This document shows positions 10,144 to 19,487 of a stretch of DNA of 64,000 nt, in pieces; within the stretch, counting starts at the first letter, position 1; each line of letters begins with the position of its first letter. The stretch spans positions 64,001 to 128,000 of the forward strand of contig JBCNVN010000001.1 in assembly GCA_039630055.1 (NCBI GenBank), read 5' to 3'. Source of the DNA: Candidatus Caldarchaeales archaeon. Its GTDB lineage: Archaea > Thermoproteota > Nitrososphaeria_A > Caldarchaeales > Wolframiiraptoraceae. The notes beneath the pieces are model-generated. The model was given only the letters and a program-made list of their open reading frames with translations, made no database searches and was not told the DNA's origin. A program made the translations under genes and the position numbers.

Positions 10144-10803
10144 ATGAAGGGTGGTGTAGGATTAGTTACACTAGAAATGAAGTTTGCAAGCATGTTTAAA
10201 GAAGCTGCCTCCAATCTAGGATTAAAAGTGATCCATGTCCTCGAAATAGATGAACTTCCACTCTCTATAAGAATAGTAGTTACAACAGAAAAGAATATCA
10301 CAAAGAATAGTGGTGATAGGACTATAATCTATGCTGGAGACTATGGAAGTATCGAAGAGATCTTGGAGAAAGTGTTGGAGACGCTGCTTGGAATAGAAGC
10401 TTATAGAAATGTCCTGGTAGCTATAGATCCTGGAAAGACTATTGGGGTCGCTTATCTGGTAAATGATAAGATAATAAAAACTTCTAGATATGTTTATGAG
10501 GAGAAGATGATGGAGGATCTAAAGAACTTCTTAGAGAGACATAAAACAGCAGGTGAAAAGACTATAGTAATCGGTTCTACTACAGATGTAGAATCGTCCT
10601 TGAAGCTTGTAGAGAGTATTAGAAAGAATCTTGAAAGATTCAATGATTTAAGAATTGAGATTATAGATGAATCGAGAACTAGGAAGGGGTTAGTCCCTAA
10701 AGAGAAGAGTGTGAGCAGAGATGAATACTCCGCTATACTCTTATCTCTGAGAAATAGGTTGAAGGTGAAGAGGGCGGGGTCTAATGTCTATCCATACTCT
10801 TAA
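10144..10803 (+). CDS. Hypothetical protein with C-terminal RNase H-like (YqgF/RuvX-like) domain
   Basis: LVAIDPGKTIGVAY, IVIG, IIDESRT and DEYSAILL resemble the YqgF acidic motifs. Confidence 0.55.
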   Translation: MKGGVGLVTLEMKFASMFKEAASNLGLKVIHVLEIDELPLSIRIVVTTEKNITKNSGDRTIIYAGDYGSIEEILEKVLETLLGIEAYRNVLVAIDPGKTIGVAYLVNDKIIKTSRYVYEEKMMEDLKNFLERHKTAGEKTIVIGSTTDVESSLKLVESIRKNLERFNDLRIEIIDESRTRKGLVPKEKSVSRDEYSAILLSLRNRLKVKRAGSNVYPYS

Positions 10804-11986
10804 AGCGGGTAAGACGCTAATAGTTAATGGTCCTGCATCTATAAGACTCTTGGAGGGGAGAGCATCAATCTTAGCTTGCCCCCTCATCCATAAGAAGCAG
10901 ATAGTGATTAAGAGCTGGAGATCTAGACCGGTATACGCACATGAGGACTCAAAGATAGAGTATACTTTTGGAGAATCTGGCACTATAGAGGAGGTTGAGG
11001 GGAACACAATCCCAAGAGAGTGGACTGAGACCATCGAAGACCTCTTAGATGAAGAAAAGCTAACCTTGATGGTTATCGGATCTCCGGACTCGGGTAAAAC
11101 CTCTCTAGCAACCTTCTCAGCCAATATGATCCTGAATACGGGTAGGGAATGCATACTTCTAGACTTAGACATAGGTCAATCCAATATCTGTCCTCCAACC
11201 ACCGTTGGATACACATGTTTGAAGAACCCTGTTCCAGACATATCCCATCTTAGAGCTGAAAGTATTGAAGTAGCAGGATATTCCTCTCCATCATACGTGA
11301 TAGACAAACATATTGAATCTATCCGTAAACTTTACAGTATGATAAAGAGTAAGTACGCAGACCGGCCGATAGTAATAGATGTAGATGGATGGATAAGCGG
11401 TGAAGGTGCAGCTCAACATAAGAGAGAATTGATGAAGATTCTAAATGTCTCCCACCTGCTCATCATTGGCGAACTATCTCGAGAAATGGAAGATATCTGT
11501 AGTGAGAGCTCAATAGTGGTGAGAAGACTGCCCCCACCAACCTTCGTAAGAAAGAGAAGCCCTGAAGCACGGAAGAAGTTGAGAGAGATGATGTATGAAA
11601 AGTTCTTGAGAAAGTCTCTACTCAGGACAATCCCACTTTCCTGGATAGATGTAAGATATATATCAGGAGAAGGCGGAGTCCAGAAGATAACGTCGATCAT
11701 CAATAGACTTATTATGTTATTCTCTGAAGATAGGAAAATCATAATAGAGAATGGTCTAGATGAACTGGGTAAGGTGTATAAATCTGGGATACTTTCATAC
11801 GTATACGACTTGGATTATAGATTTTCTGGAATAGGATTGGTAACCGCATTCGATCCTAGAAGAAATCTGATAAAAGTATACACTCCTTTCCGTTCTCAGA
11901 TTAAAAAGATAGTTTTAACAAGTCTCATAGTCTCAGTAGATGGTTCCGAGCTCTATTCTACTCGCCCTCAATCTCTGGAGTCATGA
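10784..11986 (+). CDS. Clp1/Nol9/Grc3 family polynucleotide 5'-hydroxyl kinase
   Basis: GSPDSGKTS Walker A, DLDIGQSNICPPTTVG, VIDVDGW, lid motif RSPEARKKLRE. Confidence 0.87.
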   Translation: MSIHTLKAGKTLIVNGPASIRLLEGRASILACPLIHKKQIVIKSWRSRPVYAHEDSKIEYTFGESGTIEEVEGNTIPREWTETIEDLLDEEKLTLMVIGSPDSGKTSLATFSANMILNTGRECILLDLDIGQSNICPPTTVGYTCLKNPVPDISHLRAESIEVAGYSSPSYVIDKHIESIRKLYSMIKSKYADRPIVIDVDGWISGEGAAQHKRELMKILNVSHLLIIGELSREMEDICSESSIVVRRLPPPTFVRKRSPEARKKLREMMYEKFLRKSLLRTIPLSWIDVRYISGEGGVQKITSIINRLIMLFSEDRKIIIENGLDELGKVYKSGILSYVYDLDYRFSGIGLVTAFDPRRNLIKVYTPFRSQIKKIVLTSLIVSVDGSELYSTRPQSLES

Positions 11987-12539
11987 TAATCAACTTGTAT
12001 GCTATGCCTTTGACGATGAGAGTCTGAGCATTGGACTTGGGTAAGACAGCTATATCTCCCATTTTGAAGGGTCCATAAGTTCTCAAGTCTTCTCCAACTA
12101 TCTGGGGAAAATCCTGCTGGAAACAAACAACATCATAGTTCGACTCAATTATCTTCCACCTGTTGTATGCGGCGGCCATCATGATCGATTCTACATGTTT
12201 TTTATGGTCATTTAAGATTCTATGTAGAGATATATACGTGTTTTTCTCAAATCCGTACATGTTCTCAGGATAGGTTCCAGATTCAAGAGCTCTAAGGATC
12301 TTCCCTAATCTAATCTCAAATAAAGATTGGATTATCTTAGCGATAGAATCTATCTCAGCCTCTTTCAAGCTAGTGGATAGCATCTTCTTATCGGCAACTC
12401 TAAGATAACCTCTAGTTTTAGAGAAATATTCTCTAAGCTTATCTTCGAATCCTTCCGGCAACTTGGCCAACTCTCTTGTAGAATTCTCTATCTTCCAATA
12501 CTCGTAGACGAGTTCATATAAAGATACCTCACTCGACAT
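11958..12539 (-). CDS. GINS complex subunit (Gins51/Gins15 type)
   Basis: Helical A domain (RLGKI) plus B domain PQIVGEDLRTYGPFKMGDIAVLP; conserved position downstream of priS. Confidence 0.82.
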   Translation of the reverse strand: MSSEVSLYELVYEYWKIENSTRELAKLPEGFEDKLREYFSKTRGYLRVADKKMLSTSLKEAEIDSIAKIIQSLFEIRLGKILRALESGTYPENMYGFEKNTYISLHRILNDHKKHVESIMMAAAYNRWKIIESNYDVVCFQQDFPQIVGEDLRTYGPFKMGDIAVLPKSNAQTLIVKGIAYKLIIMTPEIEGE

Positions 12540-12588
12540 CTACAATAAGCTATGTAGAAGGCAGATAATAAAATTGATGTAAAAAGAT

Positions 12589-13839
12589 CTAGGAAGAATA
12601 GTCCGAAGATCTTGAAATTGTCGCGGCACTCTTCGCCACTAGCAGTACGGCCGCTGGGAGGGGAAGAACCACTCTCGAGTTCTCGTATGGTCCAAATTCT
12701 CTACCATCTAAAGTAAACTTAGGAGCTTTTAAAACTAGTACTTCAACTTCTTCATCTCCATGAAATGGTACAGCATGAGAGAATGGGTCGAAGTTGTCAA
12801 GATCTTCTAAGTTGATCGTTTTTGCAAGTAGACCCGATTTACCATTAAGAGTATTCCCAAGTCTAATCAGTCTATGGATATCAGATGTAACTACAACGTC
12901 TATTTTTGCCGAGGCATGTGCGACAGCCGCCTTTCCCAAGATCTTAGCAAGACCACTTGGTAGAATATTCCATGAAGGAATCTCTCCCTCTTCTGAATAC
13001 TTTTTCAACAGTTCAGAATGCTTTCTAACTAGCCGAGGCTCACCCGATAGCTCACATAATTCTTCCAAATCAGCTCTCAATGCTAGAAAAATTGCTGATC
13101 TTGCTATTCTCTTCCTCCAACCTTTCTCTGTAACCTCAGGTCCACTTTCTCTCACCATCCTATCTCTTCTAAGATCTTCAACGAGATTAATCGAACTAAG
13201 AGATATTCCAGTTCCAGTTATGTAGTCTACTATCTCTTTCCTCTCCTGTTGGTCTAACTCGATTACATTTTCATCCATAACAATAGCATGGTAGCCTCTA
13301 TTTCCCGAGAAAGACAGTCTAATCTTCTTGAATCCTAGGTCTTCCTCCAGGAAGTTCAAGAGCTTCTCCACTTCTAGTTTAGCTTCTTCTAGACAGATGT
13401 TGCAGATCCACTCTACATCTATTAGTGGCCCATGGCATACATTGCATTCACCCATATTCTTGGGATAGGCTAAGAAGCATCTTGAACATACCTTGAAGTC
13501 ATGGGTTTTTCCACATGACGTCCTGAGATGATCTGCATCGATATCGAATATTAGCTCTGCACCTATCCACCCCTTCTCCTCCATAGGTGCACTAGGATAC
13601 TTATAGAAAGCGGCTGAATGATATATATGTAAAGGAACATTCTTTTTTAAGAATTCTCTAAGGTTTTTCGCAGACTCTACATGGATATGCCTTATCATCG
13701 TCTTTTCTTCGAAGGAGAAGTAGCCAAATTCTCTCTCATTAATCCTTTCTGGAATGAAGACGTCTTCAACATTCTCACGGTAATATCTTCTAAACACTGA
13801 TTCTACGAATCTTGAATCAGCTGAAGTAAGAAAGACCAT
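12589..13839 (-). CDS. priS: DNA primase small (catalytic) subunit
   Basis: REFGY, ELIFDIDAD, FSGNRGYH, IDVVVTSDIHRLIR; Cys-rich Zn-binding insertion. Confidence 0.94.
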   Translation of the reverse strand: MVFLTSADSRFVESVFRRYYRENVEDVFIPERINEREFGYFSFEEKTMIRHIHVESAKNLREFLKKNVPLHIYHSAAFYKYPSAPMEEKGWIGAELIFDIDADHLRTSCGKTHDFKVCSRCFLAYPKNMGECNVCHGPLIDVEWICNICLEEAKLEVEKLLNFLEEDLGFKKIRLSFSGNRGYHAIVMDENVIELDQQERKEIVDYITGTGISLSSINLVEDLRRDRMVRESGPEVTEKGWRKRIARSAIFLALRADLEELCELSGEPRLVRKHSELLKKYSEEGEIPSWNILPSGLAKILGKAAVAHASAKIDVVVTSDIHRLIRLGNTLNGKSGLLAKTINLEDLDNFDPFSHAVPFHGDEEVEVLVLKAPKFTLDGREFGPYENSRVVLPLPAAVLLVAKSAATISRSSDYSS

Positions 13840-14340
13840 CTCTACACTATGAAGATATCGATATCAAGTAAAACTTATTCTTTTGTAAGTTCCTTATACA
13901 TGATATACCCTATTATTAGGAGAAGGGTAAGTAGGGATAGCCAGAATAGAGAGTTATAAAGTAAATCTATGAAGCTTTCCACCGTCATCTATACTTCAAG
14001 CCTCAACACTTAAATGAACAGGTTTATTTTTAAGTTTATTCTCTTGAGCTCTTTGAAGATGGTGTTTGGCCAGACTCCGAATACGATATAGTTATTGAAG
14101 ATGCTGCTGAGGCAATGTTTTTCTAATTAAGATTTCAAATCCTATTATGGGCGGTAGAAGATATATTCACTCTCTAGAAATGCTCTGAGCCCTTCTATAT
14201 CGATACATCCGATCTTGTCACTTATTTATAATCTTACCACATTTCCAACCAACTAGCCAAATAGATTGAATTCTGCTATAAAGTGACCTGATCTACCAGT
14301 AGAAAGAATTTTATGAAGGTCTGATAAGAATAATCTTGAG

Positions 14341-15792
14341 ATGCCTATACCTATCGGTATTATAGGTAGTGGTGCAACTGAATCTAATGCAGTAGTCATA
14401 CTTTATGAAGAGATGGAGAAGAAGGTTGAGAATGAGAGCCTAGTCATAATAAAGAACAAGAATGGTGGAAGGGTTTTAGCGGTTTGTAGAGGTGGTAAGG
14501 GGATGAATGATAGTTTAAGGGCAGGAGCATTTACTCCAGGATTAGCATATGCAAAAAGTAGGAGGGTACCTAGCAGCGTGAAAGAATACTTTTTATTCAA
14601 CCTTCAAGTCATCGGAGAGATCACCGATGAAGGAACAATCTCTCAGAACAGGATGATAATTGCTCCAACATCTCAAGTTGAGATGTTTGATGAAGATGAT
14701 AACCCTATGCGATATCTTGGAAAGAGCGAGTTGACGATAGGACATTATTGGGGGAAGCCCGGCTGGAAAGTTCCCGCCCTAAAGGAATACGTAAACTATC
14801 ATATAGGGGTCTTCGGCGTAACAGGCTCAGGCAAAAGCTATCTAACAAGATATGAGATAATACCGCTACTTAGAAGAGCTGGATATGATGTAATAATAAT
14901 GGATTGGAAGGGTAGCGATTACTCACCATACTTTGAGTCAACCATAACCCTTGACAAGATAAAAATAGACAATCAGACTGTCGTAAAATATTTCGGATCT
15001 ATAACGAGAAATTTTGGATACTATGAGAGAGAAGAGAACCCTGTAGCCGCTGCGGTCGAGACAGCTTTAAGACAAGTAGATTGGAGAGGGAAGGATCCGT
15101 ATACGAGTCGAAACCAAGTATATCAGAGAGCTAGAGCGATACTTATGTCGACTCCCGGTGTGAGAGAAGATACTAGAAACTTACAGTTAAACAGGCTTGA
15201 TGCATCGTTTGAGCAGATAACAGAAGAAGAGTTTGAGAGATTTCTAGGGATTGTTGAGCCTTGGGAGATAGTTGGTATGGTGAGAGAGAAGGGTATAATA
15301 GTAATAGATATGAGTAGAGGGATGAAAGAACAGAAGCTTGCAGTTTTTACAGCTGTATCAAAACATTTGAAGAAGCTTATGGAGAGAAAACAAGTACTGA
15401 ATATTGCTTTAGTGATAGATGAGGGTCCTCAATATGCTCCATGGCAGCCTAGAGGCATGGAGAGAGATACAACCGACATCATCATAGATTTATGCGCACT
15501 TGGAAGAAGCTATGGACTATCTATAGTTATACTATCTCAAGGAATGGCTGGAGAGATAGGTTTAAACTCTGCAGTAAGAAGGAATCTGAATACACAGTTC
15601 ATAGGAAGGATACATCCATTGGATATTGAAGAAGCACAGAAGCTTGCAGCCTCATATTACATCTCACCTGAAACCCTTTTAACATTACCTGAAGGACACT
15701 TCTACTTCTTAGGAAGGATGAATCCATCTCCAATACCAATACTGATCAGCTTCCAGATAAGTTCCAAAGAAAAGAATCCAGCTGAAATATGA
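14341..15792 (+). CDS. herA: HerA-like (DUF87/FtsK-HerA) ATPase
   Basis: N-terminal HAS-barrel-like region, HIGVFGVTGSGKS Walker A, IMDWKG, LVIDEGPQYAP Walker B, GRSYGL arginine finger, LSQ motif. Confidence 0.88.
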   Translation: MPIPIGIIGSGATESNAVVILYEEMEKKVENESLVIIKNKNGGRVLAVCRGGKGMNDSLRAGAFTPGLAYAKSRRVPSSVKEYFLFNLQVIGEITDEGTISQNRMIIAPTSQVEMFDEDDNPMRYLGKSELTIGHYWGKPGWKVPALKEYVNYHIGVFGVTGSGKSYLTRYEIIPLLRRAGYDVIIMDWKGSDYSPYFESTITLDKIKIDNQTVVKYFGSITRNFGYYEREENPVAAAVETALRQVDWRGKDPYTSRNQVYQRARAILMSTPGVREDTRNLQLNRLDASFEQITEEEFERFLGIVEPWEIVGMVREKGIIVIDMSRGMKEQKLAVFTAVSKHLKKLMERKQVLNIALVIDEGPQYAPWQPRGMERDTTDIIIDLCALGRSYGLSIVILSQGMAGEIGLNSAVRRNLNTQFIGRIHPLDIEEAQKLAASYYISPETLLTLPEGHFYFLGRMNPSPIPILISFQISSKEKNPAEI

Positions 15793-15800
15793 ATCATCAT

Positions 15801-15828
15801 CCTAATCTATAAAATTTTATAGATTAGG
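15801..15828. repeat. Perfect 28-bp palindrome between herA and nurA
   Basis: CCTAATCTATAAAA|TTTTATAGATTAGG, starting 8 bp after the herA stop codon. Confidence 0.95.
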
Positions 15829-15969
15829 TATCTTGGTCGAATATGGAGAGATTTGAATAAGATATATGAAACATTTATTGATAAGAAGATATTTTCAAGA
15901 TGGAAAGCGTGAATCTGATTTTGATTGACATGCATACTTAAATGAGGGCATATCCACGATATCTTCGGG

Positions 15970-17262
15970 TTGGTAGAGATATTCGAGGAGGAGAAACGTT
16001 CATCACTTAGCAGGCTTCCACCTAAACTTCAAGAAGACTTCTTCGAGTATGCCGCAGAAGCAGCTAATAAGACTATCAGAGAGGTTATCTTAGAGAGAGA
16101 TAGAATACTTAAGATTAAGAGCATGTTTAAGTTTAGAGATATCGCCGAGATCTTGGGGAAAGACCTTAGGGTAGCAGCTGTAGACGGCTCATCATCACCC
16201 GCATTTAGTGACAGGCTAGGCTATAGGATAGGAGTGTACGCTGCATGTTACATGGTTTTCGATGGTGGAGAGATAATCTCGGATAAAGATGGTGAGAACA
16301 TGGAGTGTGGATACATAATGGTCAACCAGGTGGGCAGCATCTTACAGACTAAGAAGATCTTATCACTTTTAATGACGGCCAAGGAGAGGGAGATGGCATT
16401 GAGATGTCTGGAAAAGTATAATGTAGATCTACTGCTAGTAGATGGATCTTTCTATGGTTTTAGAACGAGATGTAGTGAGGTTAAGAAGATTAGTCTTACG
16501 GATATGGGGTTGAAAGGCTACAGGACAGGATGGGACCTGATAAGACATGTATTAGAGCTTACAAGAGAACTCATCAAGACCGGTAAGGCTGTCGGGGTAA
16601 TAAAGAGGCTGAGAACTTGTGCTATAGATGGATGGCTATTATCTAGAAGATGGAGGTTGGAGGATATGTTAAATAGGAATGATAGGTCTGTTCTATGCAC
16701 GCTTCTACCTTATAGGAAATACTTTGACTATAGAGACTTAATAGGAGATAAATGGAGTTATCTACATTATAATAGTCTAGTTACATGGTATAGTGAAATG
16801 ATAAGTAGAAGAAAGATAAAAGTAGACAGTGGTTTAAAAGATAATCTCTCAGAGGCAATGGAGTATGTTGAAAAGAAGCTGAAGACACAGATTAGGACAG
16901 ACCTATCTCCACCCGATCTAGATAGTAATACATCCGATAGGCTCGGTAAAGAACTGCTTGAAGAGATAACTAGTCGACCTAGACTATATGCTAGGTTATC
17001 TCAGTATGCTGCACCCATCTGTCTAGAATTAGGGGAAGGATTAGATGTTGATACTGTTTTAGCCTATGCTCTTACCTCTGCTAACAAGGTGACTGGAATA
17101 CCCTTCCCTATAGATCTAGTCGATGAAATGATATCTATCGAGAAGGATACAGCGAGAGAGTTTGCAGAAGAGATTGAAGCAAGATTACTGCTAGATCCAA
17201 GAATATCTTCAGAAGAAGTTGAAGCTAGACTGGAGCCTTTGAACCCTCAGAAGGAAGGTTAG
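15970..17262 (+). CDS. nurA: NurA-family nuclease
   Basis: VAAVDGSS, LLLVDGSF, VGVIKR and C-terminal GIPFPIDLVDE motifs; TTG start; follows herA. Confidence 0.85.
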   Translation: MVEIFEEEKRSSLSRLPPKLQEDFFEYAAEAANKTIREVILERDRILKIKSMFKFRDIAEILGKDLRVAAVDGSSSPAFSDRLGYRIGVYAACYMVFDGGEIISDKDGENMECGYIMVNQVGSILQTKKILSLLMTAKEREMALRCLEKYNVDLLLVDGSFYGFRTRCSEVKKISLTDMGLKGYRTGWDLIRHVLELTRELIKTGKAVGVIKRLRTCAIDGWLLSRRWRLEDMLNRNDRSVLCTLLPYRKYFDYRDLIGDKWSYLHYNSLVTWYSEMISRRKIKVDSGLKDNLSEAMEYVEKKLKTQIRTDLSPPDLDSNTSDRLGKELLEEITSRPRLYARLSQYAAPICLELGEGLDVDTVLAYALTSANKVTGIPFPIDLVDEMISIEKDTAREFAEEIEARLLLDPRISSEEVEARLEPLNPQKEG

Positions 17263-17417
17263 ATTACTCCAATAGAATTCCATATTTTGAAACTAGTTAG
17301 ATCTCCTCTAAGAGGGATTAGAATCATCATAAAGAGTAGTATGAATGTTTTACCACACATCCATCGAGACGTAAAAAGATATATCATGCTACTAGCTATC
17401 TTCTAGCTAGAGTTAAT

Positions 17418-18257
17418 ATGCTATTAGGAGCACACGTCTCCATATCTGGAACGATCGATAAGGCTGTAGAAAGAGCCCACGAGTTAAAATGTACTACATT
17501 CCAGATATTTACTAGAAATCCTAGAGGATGGAAAGCGAAGAAGTTACAAGATGAAGAGATTGAAGAATTTAAGAGAAAGATGAAAGAATATAACTACTCT
17601 ATGGCGGTCTCACATATGCCATATCTTCCAAACATCTCATCACCTCTCCAACAGACATACAAGAAATCTCTATCTTCTCTCATAGAAGAATTGGAGAGAA
17701 CAGGTGAACTTGGGCTCAAGTATCTGGTCGTTCATATCGGCAGCCATCTGGGGAAAGGTCTCGATTCAGGTATTAGGAAGGCGGCTGAATCCGTCAATAT
17801 AGCTCTGGGTAAAGTAGATAATGATGTGATGGTACTATTAGAGAATATGGCTGGACAGAAGAATAGTGTAGGATCCAGATTTGAAGATATAAAGAGAATA
17901 CTCAACTTGATAGAATATCCAGACAGGGTTGGAGTATGCATCGATACATGTCACGCATATGCTGCTGGATACGATTTAAGGACTAGAGAAGCTATAGAGA
18001 ATACTCTGAGAGATTTCGATGAGATAATAGGTTTAGAACTATTGAAGGTATTGCATATAAATGATTCTAAAGGAGATCTTGGAAGCCATCTAGATAGACA
18101 TGAACATATAGGTTTGGGAAAGATTGGAGAACAAGGTTTTAGAGAACTCTTCCACAACAAGCATATTAGAGAACTTCCACTGATCCTTGAGACACCCGTA
18201 GACTCTAGAGGAAATTTTGCATCAAACCTTGCTAAATGTAGAGAACTCTATCTATAA
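17418..18257 (+). CDS. nfo: Endonuclease IV (AP endonuclease)
   Basis: LGAHVSI, HMPYLPN, VHIGS, LLENMAG, CIDTCHAYAAG, HINDSK, DRHEHIG, ILETP. Confidence 0.95.
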   Translation: MLLGAHVSISGTIDKAVERAHELKCTTFQIFTRNPRGWKAKKLQDEEIEEFKRKMKEYNYSMAVSHMPYLPNISSPLQQTYKKSLSSLIEELERTGELGLKYLVVHIGSHLGKGLDSGIRKAAESVNIALGKVDNDVMVLLENMAGQKNSVGSRFEDIKRILNLIEYPDRVGVCIDTCHAYAAGYDLRTREAIENTLRDFDEIIGLELLKVLHINDSKGDLGSHLDRHEHIGLGKIGEQGFRELFHNKHIRELPLILETPVDSRGNFASNLAKCRELYL

Positions 18258-18271
18258 TCGATGTGTAAGAG

Positions 18272-18706
18272 ATGAAGAATCCTAACAAATTATTTATCAA
18301 GATATGGAAGAAGCTTTTCTCACCAGAGTTCTTAAAGTTTAATATAGTTGGAGGGGTCGGGATAGCTGTAAATATGTTCTCATATGTACTGCTGAACGAT
18401 CTTCTACACATACACTACATGCTCTCTGGAGCCTTATCGACAGAGATCGCAATAATCAATAATTTTGTATTGAATGATTTATGGACTTTCAGAAATAGGA
18501 ATAAAAGGATGAATCTTTGGGTTAGAGCCGGGTTATTCCATGCTTCACGTCTTATCGGTATGTTTGCAACCCTCAGCATATTCTTCATATTAGTAGATAT
18601 ATTTAAAATGAATGATGTCTTAGCATACTTTTTCGCTATAGGAGTAGGAGTATTGGTAAATTTTTACACTAGTGATGTTTATGTATGGTCAGAGCGGAAA
18701 CTTTAG
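18272..18706 (+). CDS. GtrA family membrane protein
   Basis: KFNIVGGVGIAVN, NNFVLNDLWTF; four TM helices. Confidence 0.85.
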   Translation: MKNPNKLFIKIWKKLFSPEFLKFNIVGGVGIAVNMFSYVLLNDLLHIHYMLSGALSTEIAIINNFVLNDLWTFRNRNKRMNLWVRAGLFHASRLIGMFATLSIFFILVDIFKMNDVLAYFFAIGVGVLVNFYTSDVYVWSERKL

Positions 18707-19274
18707 AAGGTAGATGTACCTTCTCGATAGAAACGCTCAAAGTAGCCATTACTCCAAGCTTATCTAACGTTAACGCTATGATATAGCCTATTACCGAGCC
18801 TGGTATTGAGCTAGCAGCCCAACCAGCCCAGAAGACTGGTAGAAGATTTAGGACGCCCTCCCTCTCCATCAATCCAAGAAGTCTTACATCTCCTATCAAT
18901 GGAGCTAAGATTAGTAATGAGAAGGTTCCACCTATCAAGACCGTTCCAACAGGTTCTAAGAATGCTGCAGAATATTTTACAAATCTATTTCTCGACTTTC
19001 TCGTAAAGAGATATCCAAGTCCCACGAGTATTCCACCCGGTATCCCTCCTGGAAAAGCGTATAGCGTTCCTATCCCTAGCATATTTCTTATAGAGCCGAT
19101 GAATATTGCTGCCATGGCAGCCCACCATGGCCCGATAGTTATACCGCTCATCACATTTATAAAATGCTGTGTTGGATAAGCTTTAGTCGTAATAAATTGG
19201 AACCAGAAGAATGGTGCTAATGAGACGCCGAGAGCTGTGAAGACAGCTAATAAAGCAATCTTCTTAGTCTGCAC
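18669..19274 (-). CDS. thiW: ECF transporter S component ThiW (thiazole/thiamine precursor uptake)
   Basis: YPTQHFINV, GPWW, IRNMLGIGTLYAFPGGIPG, EPVGT; GTG start. Confidence 0.88.
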   Translation of the reverse strand: MQTKKIALLAVFTALGVSLAPFFWFQFITTKAYPTQHFINVMSGITIGPWWAAMAAIFIGSIRNMLGIGTLYAFPGGIPGGILVGLGYLFTRKSRNRFVKYSAAFLEPVGTVLIGGTFSLLILAPLIGDVRLLGLMEREGVLNLLPVFWAGWAASSIPGSVIGYIIALTLDKLGVMATLSVSIEKVHLPSKVSALTIHKHH

Positions 19275-19487
19275 TTAAACCACTAATTCTATTCTAACTC
19301 TTAAAGATCTTTATAAATGATAGTATAAGCATCTTATATTTCTATTAAAAGTATGTTAAGAAAATGGGAGACTATAGTTCGTGATAATTGAAGATTCTAA
19401 GATACATCATCCATGCTAGAGTACCGATGAAATCTTCGATACACATCGCAATATTCTTACATTGGTGAAAGAATTATTATTGATGGT

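Noticed and set aside
13840-14340. Possible gene remnant in the 500-bp gap between priS and herA
   Set aside because: Only short frames with no recognisable motif; cannot support a pseudogene call without a search.
15791-17330. 10-bp direct repeat GAATCATCAT on both sides of nurA (15791-15800 and 17321-17330)
   Set aside because: A low-complexity AT-rich 10-mer that could arise by chance; no other sign that nurA was inserted separately.
19302-19313. Palindrome TAAAGATCTTTA upstream of thiW as a ThiR operator
   Set aside because: It overlaps the TATA-like region, is centred on the locally common AGATCT, and was not seen upstream of thiDN, thiL or tenA.
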